A stretch of DNA of 64,000 nt from assembly GCF_009914755.1 (NCBI RefSeq), contig NC_060947.1. One strand, 5' to 3'. How positions within the stretch are numbered: the stretch's first letter is position 1; every line of letters begins with the position of its first letter. The position numbers and the translations under genes are program-made. This DNA comes from the human T2T-CHM13v2.0 reference genome, Homo sapiens. This document shows, piece by piece, positions 10,968 to 24,456 of this stretch. Under the pieces are notes generated by a model. The model worked only from the letters and a program-made list of their open reading frames with translations. It was not told the origin of the DNA and did no database searches.

Positions 10968-13821
10968 CTACTCGTTATTGGTTTATAGAGGTTTACCATT
11001 TCTTCAAGGTTTAATCTTTGTAGGTGGTATGTATCTAAGAATTTATCCAATTCTTCTAGGTTTTCCAATTTGTTGGCATATAGTTGGTTATAATATTCTC
11101 ATGATTTTTTGTATCTGAGGTCTCAGTTATGTCTTCGTTTTTTGTATCTGAATTTATTTATTTGGGTCTTCCCTCTTGTATTTAATCTTAGCTAAAGGTT
11201 TGGCAATTTCGTTTATCTGTTCAAAAAACCAAATTTTCATTTTGTCAGTCTTCTGTGTTTTTTTTTTTTTTTGTCTCAATTTCATTTATTTCTTCTCCAA
11301 TCTTTATTATTTCTTTCCTTCTACTAATTTTGGGATTGTTCTGTTCTTGGATTTCTAGTTCCTTGAGGTGCTTTGTTAGGTCATTTATTTGAAGTTTTCC
11401 TTCTTTTTTGATTTAGGTATTATTGCTATAAATATTTCTCTTAGTACTGCTTTTAATGTATTTAATTGATTCCGGTATGTTGCATTTCCATTTTTGTTTG
11501 TTCAAGAAATTTTTAATTTTCCTTTTTAGTTTCTTCATTGATCCTTTCATTGCTTTGGAGCTTGTTCTTTAAGTTCTGTATGTTTGCATAGTTTCTGAGA
11601 TTCTTCTTTTTATCAATTTCTAATTTAATTCTATTATAGTCAGAAAAGATACTTCATATTATTTCTATGTTTTAAAATTTGTTGAGACTTTTTTTTGGCT
11701 CAAGATTGTTCTATGTTCTGATGAAAGAATGTGTGTTCTGCAGCAGTTTGGTGAAATGTTCTGTAAATGTCAGTTATGCTTATTTGACTTAGTGTGTAGC
11801 TTAATTCTGATATTTCTTTGTTGATTTTCTGTCTGAATAAACTGTTTGCTACTGAGAGTGGAGTTTTGAAGTATCCTATAATTATTGTTTGGCAGTCTGT
11901 CTCTCCCTTTAGATCTATTCATGTTTGCTTTAGATACTTGAGTACTCTAATGTCAAGTGTGTAAATATTTATAATTGTTATATATCCCCTTGTTAAATTT
12001 ACTTGTTTATATAGTGATTTTCTTTGTCTCTTTTTGTAGTCTTTCACTTTTGGCTTATTTTATCTGGTATAAGTCTAGCTTCTCCTGCTCTGTTTTGGTT
12101 TCAAGTTGCATGAAATATCCTTTTCCACCCCTTCACTTTGAATTTACGTGTGTCTTTATAGACAAAGTGGGTTTTTTGTAGGCAATATCAAGTTTTGTCT
12201 TGTTTCTTTATCTATTCAGCCATTCTATGGCTTTTCATTGGAGAATTGAGACCATTTATATTCAGTGTTACTATTGATAAGTATAGACTTTGTACTGTCA
12301 TTTTGTTGCTTATTTCCTGGTTATTTTGAGACTCCTCTCTTCTTTTCTATCTTTAATACTGTCTTTCCTTGTGGTTAAATGATTTTCTCTGGTAGTATGC
12401 TTTAATTTGTTGCTTTTTATTTTTACTGAATCTGTTATTGGTTTTTCCACTGTGTTTACCATGAGGCTTACAAAAAAACATCCTTTAGATATAACAAATT
12501 ATTTTAAAGAGATGACAGCTTAGATCATAAAGAAAAGAATGGAAACAAATAATCAAACAAACAAAAAACCCGTTACACTTTTAACTCCATCTCCCTTCCC
12601 ATTTAGACTTTTAGTTGACTCCATTTGTGTATTTTTATATTGCCTATCTCTTAACAGGCTGTTGTGCTTATAATTGTTATTGTTTTTGACAGATTTGCCC
12701 ATTGAGCTTCATAATAGTTATAAGTACATTGCACATCACAATTACAGTTTTAGATTATTCTGGGGTTGTCTGTGTATCCGTGTGTTATATATTTATTTTA
12801 TATATCGATTTAAATATTTATTTTACCAGTGTGTTTTATACCTTCATATTTTTTTTTTCTGCATGTTAGTGGGTTTTTTTCTTTTAGATTGAAGTACTCA
12901 CTTTAGCATTTCCAGTAAGACAGGTCTGGTGGTGGTAAATTCTCTGTTTTTATCTGGGAATGACTTTATCTCTCCTTCATATTTCAAGTATAGACTTGCT
13001 GGATACAGTATTCTTGGATGGCAGGACTTTTTTCTTTCTCTCAGCACTTTAAAAATGTTGTTTCATTCCCACCTGGCCTGTATGGTTTCCACTGAGAAGT
13101 TTGTTCCCAGACAGTTTGGAACTTCTTCATACGTTATTTGCTTCTTTTCTCTTGCTGCTTTCAGGATCTTCTTTTAGTCCTTGACTTTTGTGAGTTTTAT
13201 TATTAAATTCCTTTGGGTAGTCTTATTTGGGTCAAATCTGTTTGGTATTCTCTGAACTTCCTGCTCCTGGGTATTTATATCTTTCTCAAGTTTTAGAACA
13301 TTTTCTGTTGTTTTTTCTTTGATTAAGATTTTTAGCCATTGTTCTTGCTTAGCTCCCACTTAAACACCAATAATTTAGATTTTGTCTTTTCAGGTAATTT
13401 TCTCTGTGGGTTTTCTTTGTTTTCTTTTTTTTAAATTTCTCCCCTCATTGTATATTTTAAAATTGTCTATCATTGAGCTCACTAATTCTTTCCTTTACTT
13501 CGTCCATTCTGTTGTTTAGAGCCTCTAATTAATTTTCAGTTCAGCAAATGTGTTTCTAAGTTCCCAGATTTCCATTTTTTTAAACTAATTTTAATCTCTT
13601 TGTTAAATTTTCTGAAAAACTTGTGAATTTCTTTTTTGTCTTCCCTTAGAGATTACTGATATTCCTTATAATTATTCTTTTTAATTCTTGATCAGGGAGT
13701 TCACATATCATCATCTCCTTAGGATCAGTCACTGGTTCCTTTGACTGGTTTGGAGAAATAATGGTTCCTTTTGCTGTTGTTTCCTGAGAATGTATGTCTA
13801 TGTCTTTCTGTTGGAGGATTA

Positions 13822-14483
13822 TTTATTTATTTACTCATTTATTTATTTATTATACTTTAAGTTCTAGGGTACATGTGCACAACGTGCAGGTTTGTTACAT
13901 ATGTATACATGTGCCATGTTGGTGTGCTGCACCCATTAACTCGTCATTTACATTAGGTATATCTCCTAATGCTATCCTCCCCCCTCTCCCCACCCCATGG
14001 CAGGCCCTGGTGTGTGATGTTCCCCTTCCTGTGTCCAAGTGTTCTCATTGTTCAGTTCCCTCCTATGAGTGAGAACATGCGGTGTTTGGTTTTCTGTCCT
14101 TGCGATAGTTGGTTCTGAATGATGGTTTCCAGCTTCATCCATGTCCCTAAAAAGGACATGAACTCATTCTTTTTTTATGGCTGCATAGTATTCCATGGTA
14201 TATATGTGCCACATTTTCTTAATCCAGTCTGTCATTGATGGGCATTTGGGTTGGTGGTGCTGGAGAGGATGTGGAGAAATAGGAACACTTTTACACTGTT
14301 GGTGGGACTGTAAACTAGTTCAACCATTGTGGAAGACAGTGTGGCAATTCCTCAAGGATCTAGAACTAGAAATACCATTTGACCCAGCCATCCCATTACT
14401 GGGTATATACCCAAAGGATTATAAATCATGCTGCTATAAAGACACATGCACACTTATGTTTATTGCGGCACTATTCACAATAG
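13822..14483 (-). mobile_element. L1PA (PA4/5-like) 3' fragment with 5' inversion
   Basis: Antisense 13822-14255 then sense 14256-14483; flanking repeat AGGATTA at 13815-13821 and 14482-14488. Confidence 0.92.
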
Positions 14484-14515
14484 GATTAGTTTTTTATTCT
14501 GTATTCTTTGTATAG

Positions 14516-14902
<387 letters not shown>

Positions 14903-15603
14903 TAGGTCACTGCCTCCTTTTTCTCACTAGACGGTACCTTGATTTCAGATTTGCCTCAGCATTAGTGAATAATCAGATGCCTGCCTGTCCTGAAATGGGG
15001 GAGGTCCCTAAGGGAGTATCCTGGCAGTGTGGGAAGCCTAGCTAGGGATATGTGACCAGGAAACCTGTGGATTGAACCTCCACAACATGATGCTGCTGAA
15101 TAGCATCTTTGGTTTAGTGTCGCCTTTGGCCAAGTTATCAAGAAGAGTTTCCAGGGCTGGGGATGGTAGTCTCACCTTCCCCTTTGTCTTTGGCTCTCTT
15201 CAGAGATATGTCTCCTTTCAGGCACTCAAGATGTTTCTTGTGGGTTGAAGTAGAGACAAGTGTCTTGCCAGGGAACCAAAGATGGTGGGGAAGCTGGTTG
15301 TCTACCTTGATCTTACTTTCCCCTGCATTGAAACGGTGAGTCAGAGGAAAATTTTTCACATGCTTGGTGATGAGTAGATTGGAGTGAGGAGCATGACAGA
15401 TATGGAAGTCCTATTCTCTACTGTTTGCTTGAAGATGTTTCACTTCTCTGTGGTCCTGGGAACTGTCTCAATCTTATATCTAAGTTCTCGGGTATTGCTG
15501 ATGACAACCTTGGCACTGTATACTTGCTTTTGGTTTTCTGTCGGGGAAGGGGGAACTGAAACAAGCTTGCTTCTACACTACTATTTTGAAATAGAAAGTC
15601 CTG

Positions 15604-15745
15604 TAACATTTTATTTCTTTAATAAAAAAGAGAAAGTTCAGAAGCACACATGGCAAGATGTTAACATCTGTTACATATGGGTGGCGAATACATAGGTGAT
15701 ATTATTTTCTATATGATATAGATATTTCATAGACAATAACAAAAA
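15604..15745 (+). mobile_element. L1ME 3' end, host of the large L1; joins 3220-3320
   Basis: catggcaagatgttaacatctg...tgggtggcgaatacataggtg resembles L1ME 3' termini. Confidence 0.6.
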
Positions 15746-17426
15746 TACTGTTATATAACTAAAAAGGTATATTGAAGGAATTCAGGACACCAGCCCCAGT
15801 ATCTGACCTCTCGTTTTCACTCAGATAAAAGTTGAAGAGTGTAGGATTCCCCTTTCCTTTAAACCAGCTCAGAGTCACTTCCTGTAGTACCACCTCCCTC
15901 TATGGACCAACAAGAGGGGACATGCTTGTTCACACCAAAGCAAAATGTAGCCTAAACATCCATAAAACCCCCCAAAACAATGAGCAAAGACTTCCTAAAT
16001 AAACCTCTATTCGATCACATTTCATTCTCTCTGATGGAAATGAGGGCCCAGTCCAAGATCTTATGAGTAATTTAAAATGGAGGCATGATATTTCTAAAGC
16101 TAAAAATGCTGAAGTTATTTATTGGTGGTTTCTTGGTAATTGTAGTGACAAATCACATGAGGGAGCTATAGGCAAAGGGAATTAAAAGAGAGTGCTGGGG
16201 AAAGATATTTTGCCCTGGAGAAGTATACAAGAGTTGTCTGAAAAGCCTATCTAACTACCTCTCTTAGGCCATTTGCTGTTTGAGCAAGGACAAATGCTCT
16301 CTTGCATCTTTACGGCTGATCTGAAAACAGAAGGGCAACAGGAATCTCCTATGAATTCCCAATCCAAAACTCAAGCCAATGCAAAACAATAGTGAGGTAG
16401 GAACCAAATCCTAAATTTTGAGAAAAGGCATTTTCCTCTGTAATTAAATCTAGGGAGATTTCACTATTTGGTATTACTGGTCAAGAGTTGTAGGATGCAT
16501 TACTGAATTCTGAAGCATAGGTATTTGATTAACAAATGTAATAATGTTAAAAGACAAGAATAGAAATCTGAAGGCTCTATAAGTAGGCAACAAATATCGC
16601 ATTTTGTGCCTAATCAGAAGGTTTTTCAATATTATTCATTACTTAATAATTTCCAAGTATTATTCAATAATTAATTAATTATTGTAATTTAGTAAACTGG
16701 TGAGCAGTTTATTGTGGTTTGCTGACCAGAGCCTAATCAATGCAGAAGCCATTTTACTTTAGATAAAACCACACTCACATGGAAATTTTCTGCTTTATAT
16801 TTATTGCCATGTAAATCACCCCCCATTGCATTTCACAAATCAGATTAATATATTGATATTAATAACAGAAGTTAAATTTAAAAAGGATCCCATCCAGTCT
16901 TCCAAACTAATTAACCAGCAAAGATTTAAATAGGAGCTCTGCATTTCCGTGTCCCTAGAACCCACACACAACAGAGGGCTTTGTCCTGGTTACAAATCTG
17001 ACCACATGGGAGAAATTTGCTAAAGTGGCTTTTGTACATGCAGTGGCATCATTGGGTCTGGCCACTGCTGTGTTTCTTTGCCAACAACTGCAACTGAACA
17101 CTTGCCACCTTCCCTGCTGCTATTGAGGCTCAGGATTAGATGTGGGGAGGCCAGCATCCCTCACAACTTCATCTCTTGGCACGGCAGGCAGGAGGCAAGC
17201 AGCATGGCAGAAAGAGAAAAAATCTTTGAAATCATCAATGTGAAGGCCCTGACTCAAATTGGCAAGTATGAAGGGGAGGGAAGTAAATAGAACTCTAAGT
17301 CAAAGGGCCAATGCTGGCTCCTCAGAGAGAGAAAGAGAGAGCCCTTTGGGAGCAGGTTGGGTTGGGAGTCACTCTCTCCCGATAGGGAGCATATGGGAAG
17401 CAGACAAGATTTTGTTACTTTAACAT

Positions 17427-17643
17427 AAAGTTTCTTAACTTGGACGCTATGGGCATTTTAGGCCAGATACTTTTTGCTTTGGGGGACCTATCCTGTGCAT
17501 TGTAGGATGTTTAGTAGCATCCTTGGACCTTACCCACCAGAAAACAAATAGCACACCCGTCCCCCTGTTAGGACAACAAAAATGTCTGTAGACATTGCCA
17601 AGTGTCTACTGAGGAGAATAATCACCCTGGTTGAGAAGCATAG
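17427..17643 (-). mobile_element. MER20 hAT DNA transposon
   Basis: tcctgtgcattgtaggatgtttagtagcatcc...aaaatgtctgtagacattgccaag...ggttgagaa. Confidence 0.9.
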
Positions 17644-17708
17644 CACACAGTGACCCTTTTAGCAGGTTGCATTTTGGATTTTGCTGCACCAAGTGTGACT
17701 TTATCACC

Positions 17709-18087
17709 TGCTATTCGTTGAATTGTGACTTCTCCTAAAATATATTGAAGTCCTAACAACCATTACCTCAGAATGTGACCTTATTTCAAAATAATGTATT
17801 TGCAAATGTAATAAGTTAAGATGAGGTCATATTGGTATAAGGTGGGGCCCTAATTCAATATGACTGGTGTCCTGAATGCCATGTGAAGACAAAGGCAGAG
17901 ATTGTAGTGAACACCAAGGATTGCCTGAAACACCAGAAGTTAAGAGAAAGGCACAGTAGGAGAAACTGCCCTGCCAGCACCTTGATTTTGGACTTGGAGC
18001 TTCCAGAACTGTAAGACAATACGTTTCTGTTGTTTAAACTGCCGAGTTTGTGGTACTTTGTTATGGCGGCCCTAGAAAGTGAATATA
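17709..18087 (+). mobile_element. MLT1C-like solo LTR
   Basis: ttgaagtcctaac...cctcagaatgtgaccttattt...tttgtggtactttgttatggcggccctag. Confidence 0.88.
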
Positions 18088-18571
18088 TCCTCCCTGCTAA
18101 AGTGACCTGTTAACAGTTACTTTGCAGAGAGACATTTTTAGAACCAGTACACGAAGCTCCAGGCAGGGATTTAGCCTTCAGGAGCAGTCCATCGGAGGCC
18201 TGCTAGGTCTCCACCAGCTAAGTCAGGTTATTCACCTGTTTTTTAATTCAGTTAGACCCTGAAATGAGGTTGAGGACTGCTTTGAAAGACCTCAGGTTAA
18301 AGGTAAATGGAAAACACAACCAAACCGCTATGATACATCCATTACTGTCCTTCATCCCTCCCCTGGATCTTCTTTGATTCTTTCACTTAAAAACAAGACT
18401 CGGGGCAGTGGAGAAAACATCCCATGTTAAGCTATGAGAAACTAAAAACCCATCCACTCTTCCATACTTATTTGTCAAACAGTGGCAAAGTTAGTTAGGA
18501 TCTTGAGCTCCTGGCACATCTTCTTTCTTTCACCTGCTTTCCTCAGAAATGCAGCTCACAGCAAAAACTAT

Positions 18572-19980
18572 GGTTCCCTTTCCTCCACATCTTCGCCAAC
18601 ATTTGTTATTTCTTGCCGTTTTGATATTAGCTATCCTAATGTATGTGAGGTGGTGTCTTATTGTGGTTTTGATTTTCATTTTTCTGATGATTAGTTATGT
18701 TGAGCATCTTTTCATGCACCGTACAATGTAGCCATTTGTATATCTTCTTTGGAAAAATATCTATTCATGTTCTTTGCCCATTTTAATCTCACTACTGAAT
18801 CTATTTCCCAAAGAAATGAAATCAATATGTTGAAGAAATATCTGTACTCCGTATGTTTATTGCGGCACTATTCAAAATAGCAAAGACTTGGAACTAACCC
18901 AAATGTCCACCAATGATAGACTGGATTAAGAAAATGTGGCACATATACACCGTGGAATACTATGCATCCATAAAAATGGATGAGTTCATGTACTTTGTAG
19001 GGACATGGATAAGCTGGAAACCATCATTCTCAGCAAACTATCGCAAGAACAAAAAACCAAACACCGCATGTTCTCACTCATAGGAGGGAATTGAACAATG
19101 AGAACACTTGGACACAGGAAGGGGAACATCACACACCGGGGCCTGTTGTGGGGTGGGGGAAGGGGGGAGGGAAAGCGTTAGGAGATATACCTAATGTAAA
19201 TGACGAGTTAATGGGTGCAGCACACCAACATGGCACATGTATACATATGTAACAAACCTGCAGGTTGTGCACATGTACCCTAGAACTTAAAGTATAATAA
19301 CAAAAAAAGAAATATTTGTACTTCCACGTTCATTGCAGCACTATTCACAATAGCCAAGAAATGGAAACAAGGTGTCCACTGACAGATGAACGGATAAAGA
19401 AAATGTGACGCACACACACGCACACACACACACGCACAAACCCAAAACGGAATATTATTCAACCTTTAAAAAGAAGGAAATCCTGCCATTTGTAAGAATG
19501 TGGAAGAATCTGGAGGACATTATGTTAAGTGAAATAAGCCTGACAGAAAGACAAATACAACATGATCTCACTTATATGTGGAATCAAAAAAGTTGAAATC
19601 ATGGAAACAGAGTAGAATGGTGGTTACCAGGCCCAGGGGTTGGAGAAATGGGGAGATGTTGGTCAAAGGGTATAAACATCAGTTCTAAGATGAATAATTT
19701 CTACAGACCTGATGTACAGCCTAGCAAGTATAGTTAATAATACTGCATTGTATACTTTAATTTGCTAAGAGAATAAATCTTAATAGTTCTCACCACGAAA
19801 AATAGTAACTATGTGAGGTGATGAATATGTTAATCAGCTTGATTGTGTTAATCATTTCACAACATGTATTTATATTAACAGCACATTTTACATGTTAAGT
19901 ATATACAATCTTATTTGTCAATTTTGTCTCAAAGCTGAAACAAATTTTTAATAAAGACAAATGAAACAAAAGAAGAAAAA
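18572..19980 (+). mobile_element. L1MA9-like 3' fragment with an inverted 5' part (18572-18784 antisense), interrupted by an L1PA
   Basis: Strand switch at ~18785; 3' end ttgctaagagaataaatctt...ggtaactatgtgaggtgatg-like. Confidence 0.85.
18850..19306 (+). mobile_element. L1PA3-like 3' fragment
   Basis: Near-consensus primate L1 3'UTR ending ctagaacttaaagtataataa plus A tail; TSD aagaaatatctgtact / aagaaatatttgtact. Confidence 0.93.
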
Positions 19981-20344
19981 TAAGTTTGGGGACTTTGGTA
20001 TGTTCAGAGCTCCCTTAGCCCTTGGCTTCAACGTCTCCCCAGGTCTCTCTAGAGGTTGGAGGTCTCTGCAGCTTTGAGTGCCAAGTCCAGGGAAGGCAGG
20101 CAGAGGAAAAGGGAAGAAGTGGGAGGCATTGGACCCTTGGAGCTGACAAATGTTCCCTGTCCCCACCCAGCCTGTGGCCCAAGTCCTGCCGCTTTCTTAA
20201 TTTAACCCTTAGTCTGCCTTGGCAGGGCCTGCTGGGCACATAGCCAAATTTTGCTATTTCAAAGTGGAATAGAAATGGTGGTGGAAGAAATTATGTGGAT
20301 GAAAAGCTTTACGTTTTTCCATAAAAATTGGGGAGTGTGAACAC

Positions 20345-20565
20345 CTAACAGCTATCATTTCATATGTCCTTTTGATGTGCCAGGTGCTTCATAGACTTAC
20401 CTCACAGAATCCTGGCAACTATCCTTGGGAGATGGAGATTTATTAGACCTGTTTTCAGGAGATGTAACTGAGCCTCAAAGAGGTAAAGGAGTTTTCCTGA
20501 AGTTTTCACAACTATAAGGAACAGAAGCCAATTTGAGTCTAAATTTTTCCCTGTTATCACACTGC
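20345..20565 (-). mobile_element. MIR
   Basis: gtgccaggtgc...actgagcctcaaagaggtaaagg...aatttgagtct. Confidence 0.7.
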
Positions 20566-20654
20566 TCCTCTCCAGTGAGCCCTTGCCTCTCCTACAAGGC
20601 CTGGATGTCTCCACGGTGTGGTAGGTGTGGTATGGGAAGCCTACAGTACCTGGA

Positions 20655-21591
20655 TGTGGAAGGCAGAACAATACCCCCACCAAAGACGTCCACATCCTAA
20701 TTCCCAGAACCTAAAAACATGTTGCCTTACATGGTATAAGGAGTTGAATTGTGTCCTCCAAAAAGATATGTTGGTGTCTAACCCCAGGTACCCTAGAAAG
20801 TGAACTTATTTGGTAATAGGATTATTGCAGATATAGTTACGTTCAGATGAGGTTATAATGGAGTAAAGTGAGCCTTAATCCAATATGACTGGTCTTTTGA
20901 TAAGAAGAGAGAAATTTGGACACAGGGACATTTAGAGAGAAGGCCATGTGAGTATGGAGGCAGAGATTGAAATACTGCAGCTTCAAGCCAAGAAACACCT
21001 GTGACTATCAGAAACTGGAAAAGGCAAGGAAGGATCCTCCCCTAGAACCTTTGGAGGGAGCACAGTAATACTGATACCTTGGTTTTGGAGTCCTAGCCTT
21101 CAGAAGCATAAGAGAATAAATTTCTGTTGTTTTAAGTCTCCCAGTTTGTGGTACTTTTTAATGGCAGCCTTAGGAAACTAAAACACGTGGCAAAAGGGAC
21201 TTTGGTAATATGATTAATGGTATAAACCTTGAGACAGAGAGATTAACCAAGTTTATCAGGGTGGTCCCAATGTAATCACAAGGGTCCTCATAAGAGGGAG
21301 ACCAGAGGGTCAGAGCCAGAGAAATTTGAAGATGCTATTCTGCTGGCTTTGAAAATAAAGGAAGGGGCTGTGAGCCAAAGACTATGGGTGGCCTTTAGAG
21401 GCTAACAAAAGCAAGAAAATGGATTCTTCTCTATAGCCTCCAGAAAGAACACAGCCTTGTCAACACCTTGATTTTACCCACTGAGAACCATTTGGACTCC
21501 TGACTCCAGAGCTGTAAGCTAATAAATTTGTATTGCCATAAGCTATTAAATCTGTGGAAATTTGTTACAGCAGCCATAAGCAATGAATACA
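20655..21591 (+). mobile_element. MLT1D solo LTR containing a nested LTR
   Basis: tgtggaaggcagaac...ccttacatgg | caaaagggactttg...gaataca; TSD ctgga/cttga. Confidence 0.88.
20735..21185 (+). mobile_element. MLT1C solo LTR nested in MLT1D
   Basis: gttgaattgtgtcctccaaaaagatatgttg...ggaaactaaaaca; TSD catgg/cgtgg. Confidence 0.88.
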
Positions 21592-21875
21592 CTTGAAAAC
21601 CTGGCAGCCTCACCTATGAATAGCATCCAGCATCCAGCTGCTCTCTTGGACACTAAGGTTAGAATGAGGACCTGCACTATTTCACTCACTTGCCTCTGGG
21701 TATATACTATCAAAAAGAATCAAATATGTTTCCAAATCAGATGTTTCTTCAGACACTGATATTAATATCAAAAAATGTGAGAAAAGAAAGGACAGTACAA
21801 GATGATTGAAAATAAATGTGTCATTGTTAGTAAAACCTAATATGTGTAAAGAGCTTTACATTTTACAAAATACTT

Positions 21876-22178
21876 ACTTTTTTGAGACAGGGTCTTGTTC
21901 TTTTGCTAAGGCTGGAGTACAGTGGGGTGATCATAGCTCATTGCAGCCTCCTGGGCTCAAGCTATCCTCCTGCCTCAGCCTTCTGAGTAGCTAGGACTAT
22001 AGGAGGATATCACAATGCCCAGATAATTTTTTTTTTTATTTTTGTAGACATGGGGGTCTTGCTCTGTTTCCTAGGCTGGTCTTGAACTCTTGGCCTCAAG
22101 CAATCCTTCCTCCAGCAATCCTTCCTCCTCAGCCTCCCAAAGTGCTGGGATTCCAGGCATGGGCCCCTGCACCTGGCT
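21876..22178 (-). mobile_element. AluJ inserted in a MIR (~21820-22375)
   Basis: gagacagggtcttg, ctgggctcaagc; TSD aaaatactt; internal 15-bp tandem duplication agcaatccttcctcc. Confidence 0.92.
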
Positions 22179-23344
22179 CTAAAATACTTTCTTGTTTGAT
22201 TACATTTCATTTCATTTTCATAAGGGCACAAAGAGAAAGGACAGCGATCGATCTCACGGATGAGAAAACTGAGTTTCTGAGAGGTTAAATTACATTTTCA
22301 AAGTCACAAAGGTATTAAGTGGCAGAGCTGTGTCTTGAAAACAGAGGTTCTGATTCTAAGTAGAAGCCTGTCCTACTAATTCATGCCTTTTCACAGCAAT
22401 ATAGTAATGTTTGTTTTAAAAATGAGTGTATACTAAATACAAATGTTATAGCCCATAAAACTCAGTTGTACAAGTTACTTCACTGTTGCTATAACTGAAG
22501 TTAGCTTTTTTTTTCTTCAGTCCTGAATCTGCTGGATGGCACAAAGTGTACTCTTGGTCATTTTCAGGTCACAAAAGTGATTTAAGGTCTTGGCTCACAT
22601 CAGAATCCTCCCCCATTCTCTTCCATGTACTGTCCCCTCAGTTATACAGGGTTTATAAAACTTTATGGTATGGGGAAAAGGAGGATGATGACAGCCTCTG
22701 CTGCAGTGTACACCATCCACTATGGTTGCTGTTCACTCTCACCTCCATGGAGCATCCTCTGAGACAGTTGTATTCCCACCTGGCCTCATGCCATGTGGGC
22801 CATATTACTTTATCCAGCCTTGTTCCCCCCTCACAACCACGTGACTCTTTTGGGCCTACCAGCTCATACTTTCAGGAGTAAGGGGAAATCTTCCTGCTGT
22901 CTCTTTCTCCCACACTATTTGGGGCTGTCTCAGAGTCCAATTTTGTCCCTGACATCTCCAGCAGTTATCTGCACTGTTTCCATAATATGGTGGTGCAAGG
23001 AACTCCTGTCAGAATCACCTTACTGTCATTATTTCTTCCTTGTATTCACAAGCTGAAATACAAGAGGAGAACATTCACATGTTTCTCTTCTCTACATCTC
23101 TTCAGTAACGGTCCTAACCTGAAGGCAGTGCGTATGGAATGCTCTAGCTCTTTTGGTTTGAGGTACAAGATTGTGTTGGTGTGGGAAAACATCAATGAAT
23201 AATTCAAAATATTCTCCCACCAAGTCATCTTAACTCAATTATCAATTATGTGGAAGTGCATTAGAGTTTGGAAAATTTTGCCATGACTGCATGTGAAAAA
23301 AATACGAATCTCAGAATAACTAAGTAGGTTATGTTTCACTCACA

Positions 23345-23650
23345 TAATTTAATGACTGTCACATCTTAGAGAAGTTACTTAATTTCACTTAGCCTCAGTT
23401 GCTGTCTATAAAATGGGAATTAGGATCAGATCCAGTTTTGTGGGGTCCAAAATTTATACCATTTGGGGGACCCTCTAGAACAAAATTACAGAAGCAGAAT
23501 TAGGTATAAGAAGGAATCTGTGCTTAACTAACACCCAGCTAATCCAACTCTGGGGCCATAACAACCTCTGAATACCAGCCTCAGAATTGGTGAGGAGCTC
23601 AGAGGTAATGGATGTGAGAGTGTTTTGTAAACTGTGAAGTGATACGGCTA
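23345..23650 (+). mobile_element. MIR interrupted at ~23422-23520 by a probable hAT-Tip100 (ORSL-like) fragment
   Basis: gcctcagttgctgtctataaaatggg, then gatccagttttgtggggtcc...atttgggggaccctct; MIR resumes at gtgaggagctc. Confidence 0.5.
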
Positions 23651-23735
23651 CAGAATTGGAACCAACTTTACAATGGTCAATTTGATGTGCTTTATAGACA
23701 TTCTTGGTTTAAGTAACTGCATGTAAGAAAATTTA

Positions 23736-24058
<323 letters not shown>

Positions 24059-24456
24059 CTAAGGAACATTCCATGTTTTTCTTGAAAATTATAATTTGAA
24101 AGTAAAAAAAAAAGGAAACCAGTTAAAATGAGGCCTTTGAGCTAAAGGCTTAAAAGAGATTGAGCTGAATCTAAGCAAAATTAGACTATTGTGAAATAGC
24201 TATAGTGAAAAGAAAAACAAGCAGGTTTGGGAAGGTGGCAATGCGTTTTCTCTGTGTAATGAACCCAGCATTGTTTCAGAATTGGAATATGATGAAATGA
24301 GCCTGGAATTGATGGATGGGATAATTGAGTTAAAATCTATCTTTACCCTAACTCACTGTGTCACTTGGAGTTGGTGTCTTATCTGATCAGGGTCTCATTT
24401 TTTTACATGAAAATGAAATGATGATAGTAGATAGTCCCCAATGTTATTTCTTCATT

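Noticed and set aside
7812-13359. ORFs resembling reverse transcriptase, endonuclease and ORF1p
   Set aside because: Short stop-riddled L1 relics, not a functional CDS.
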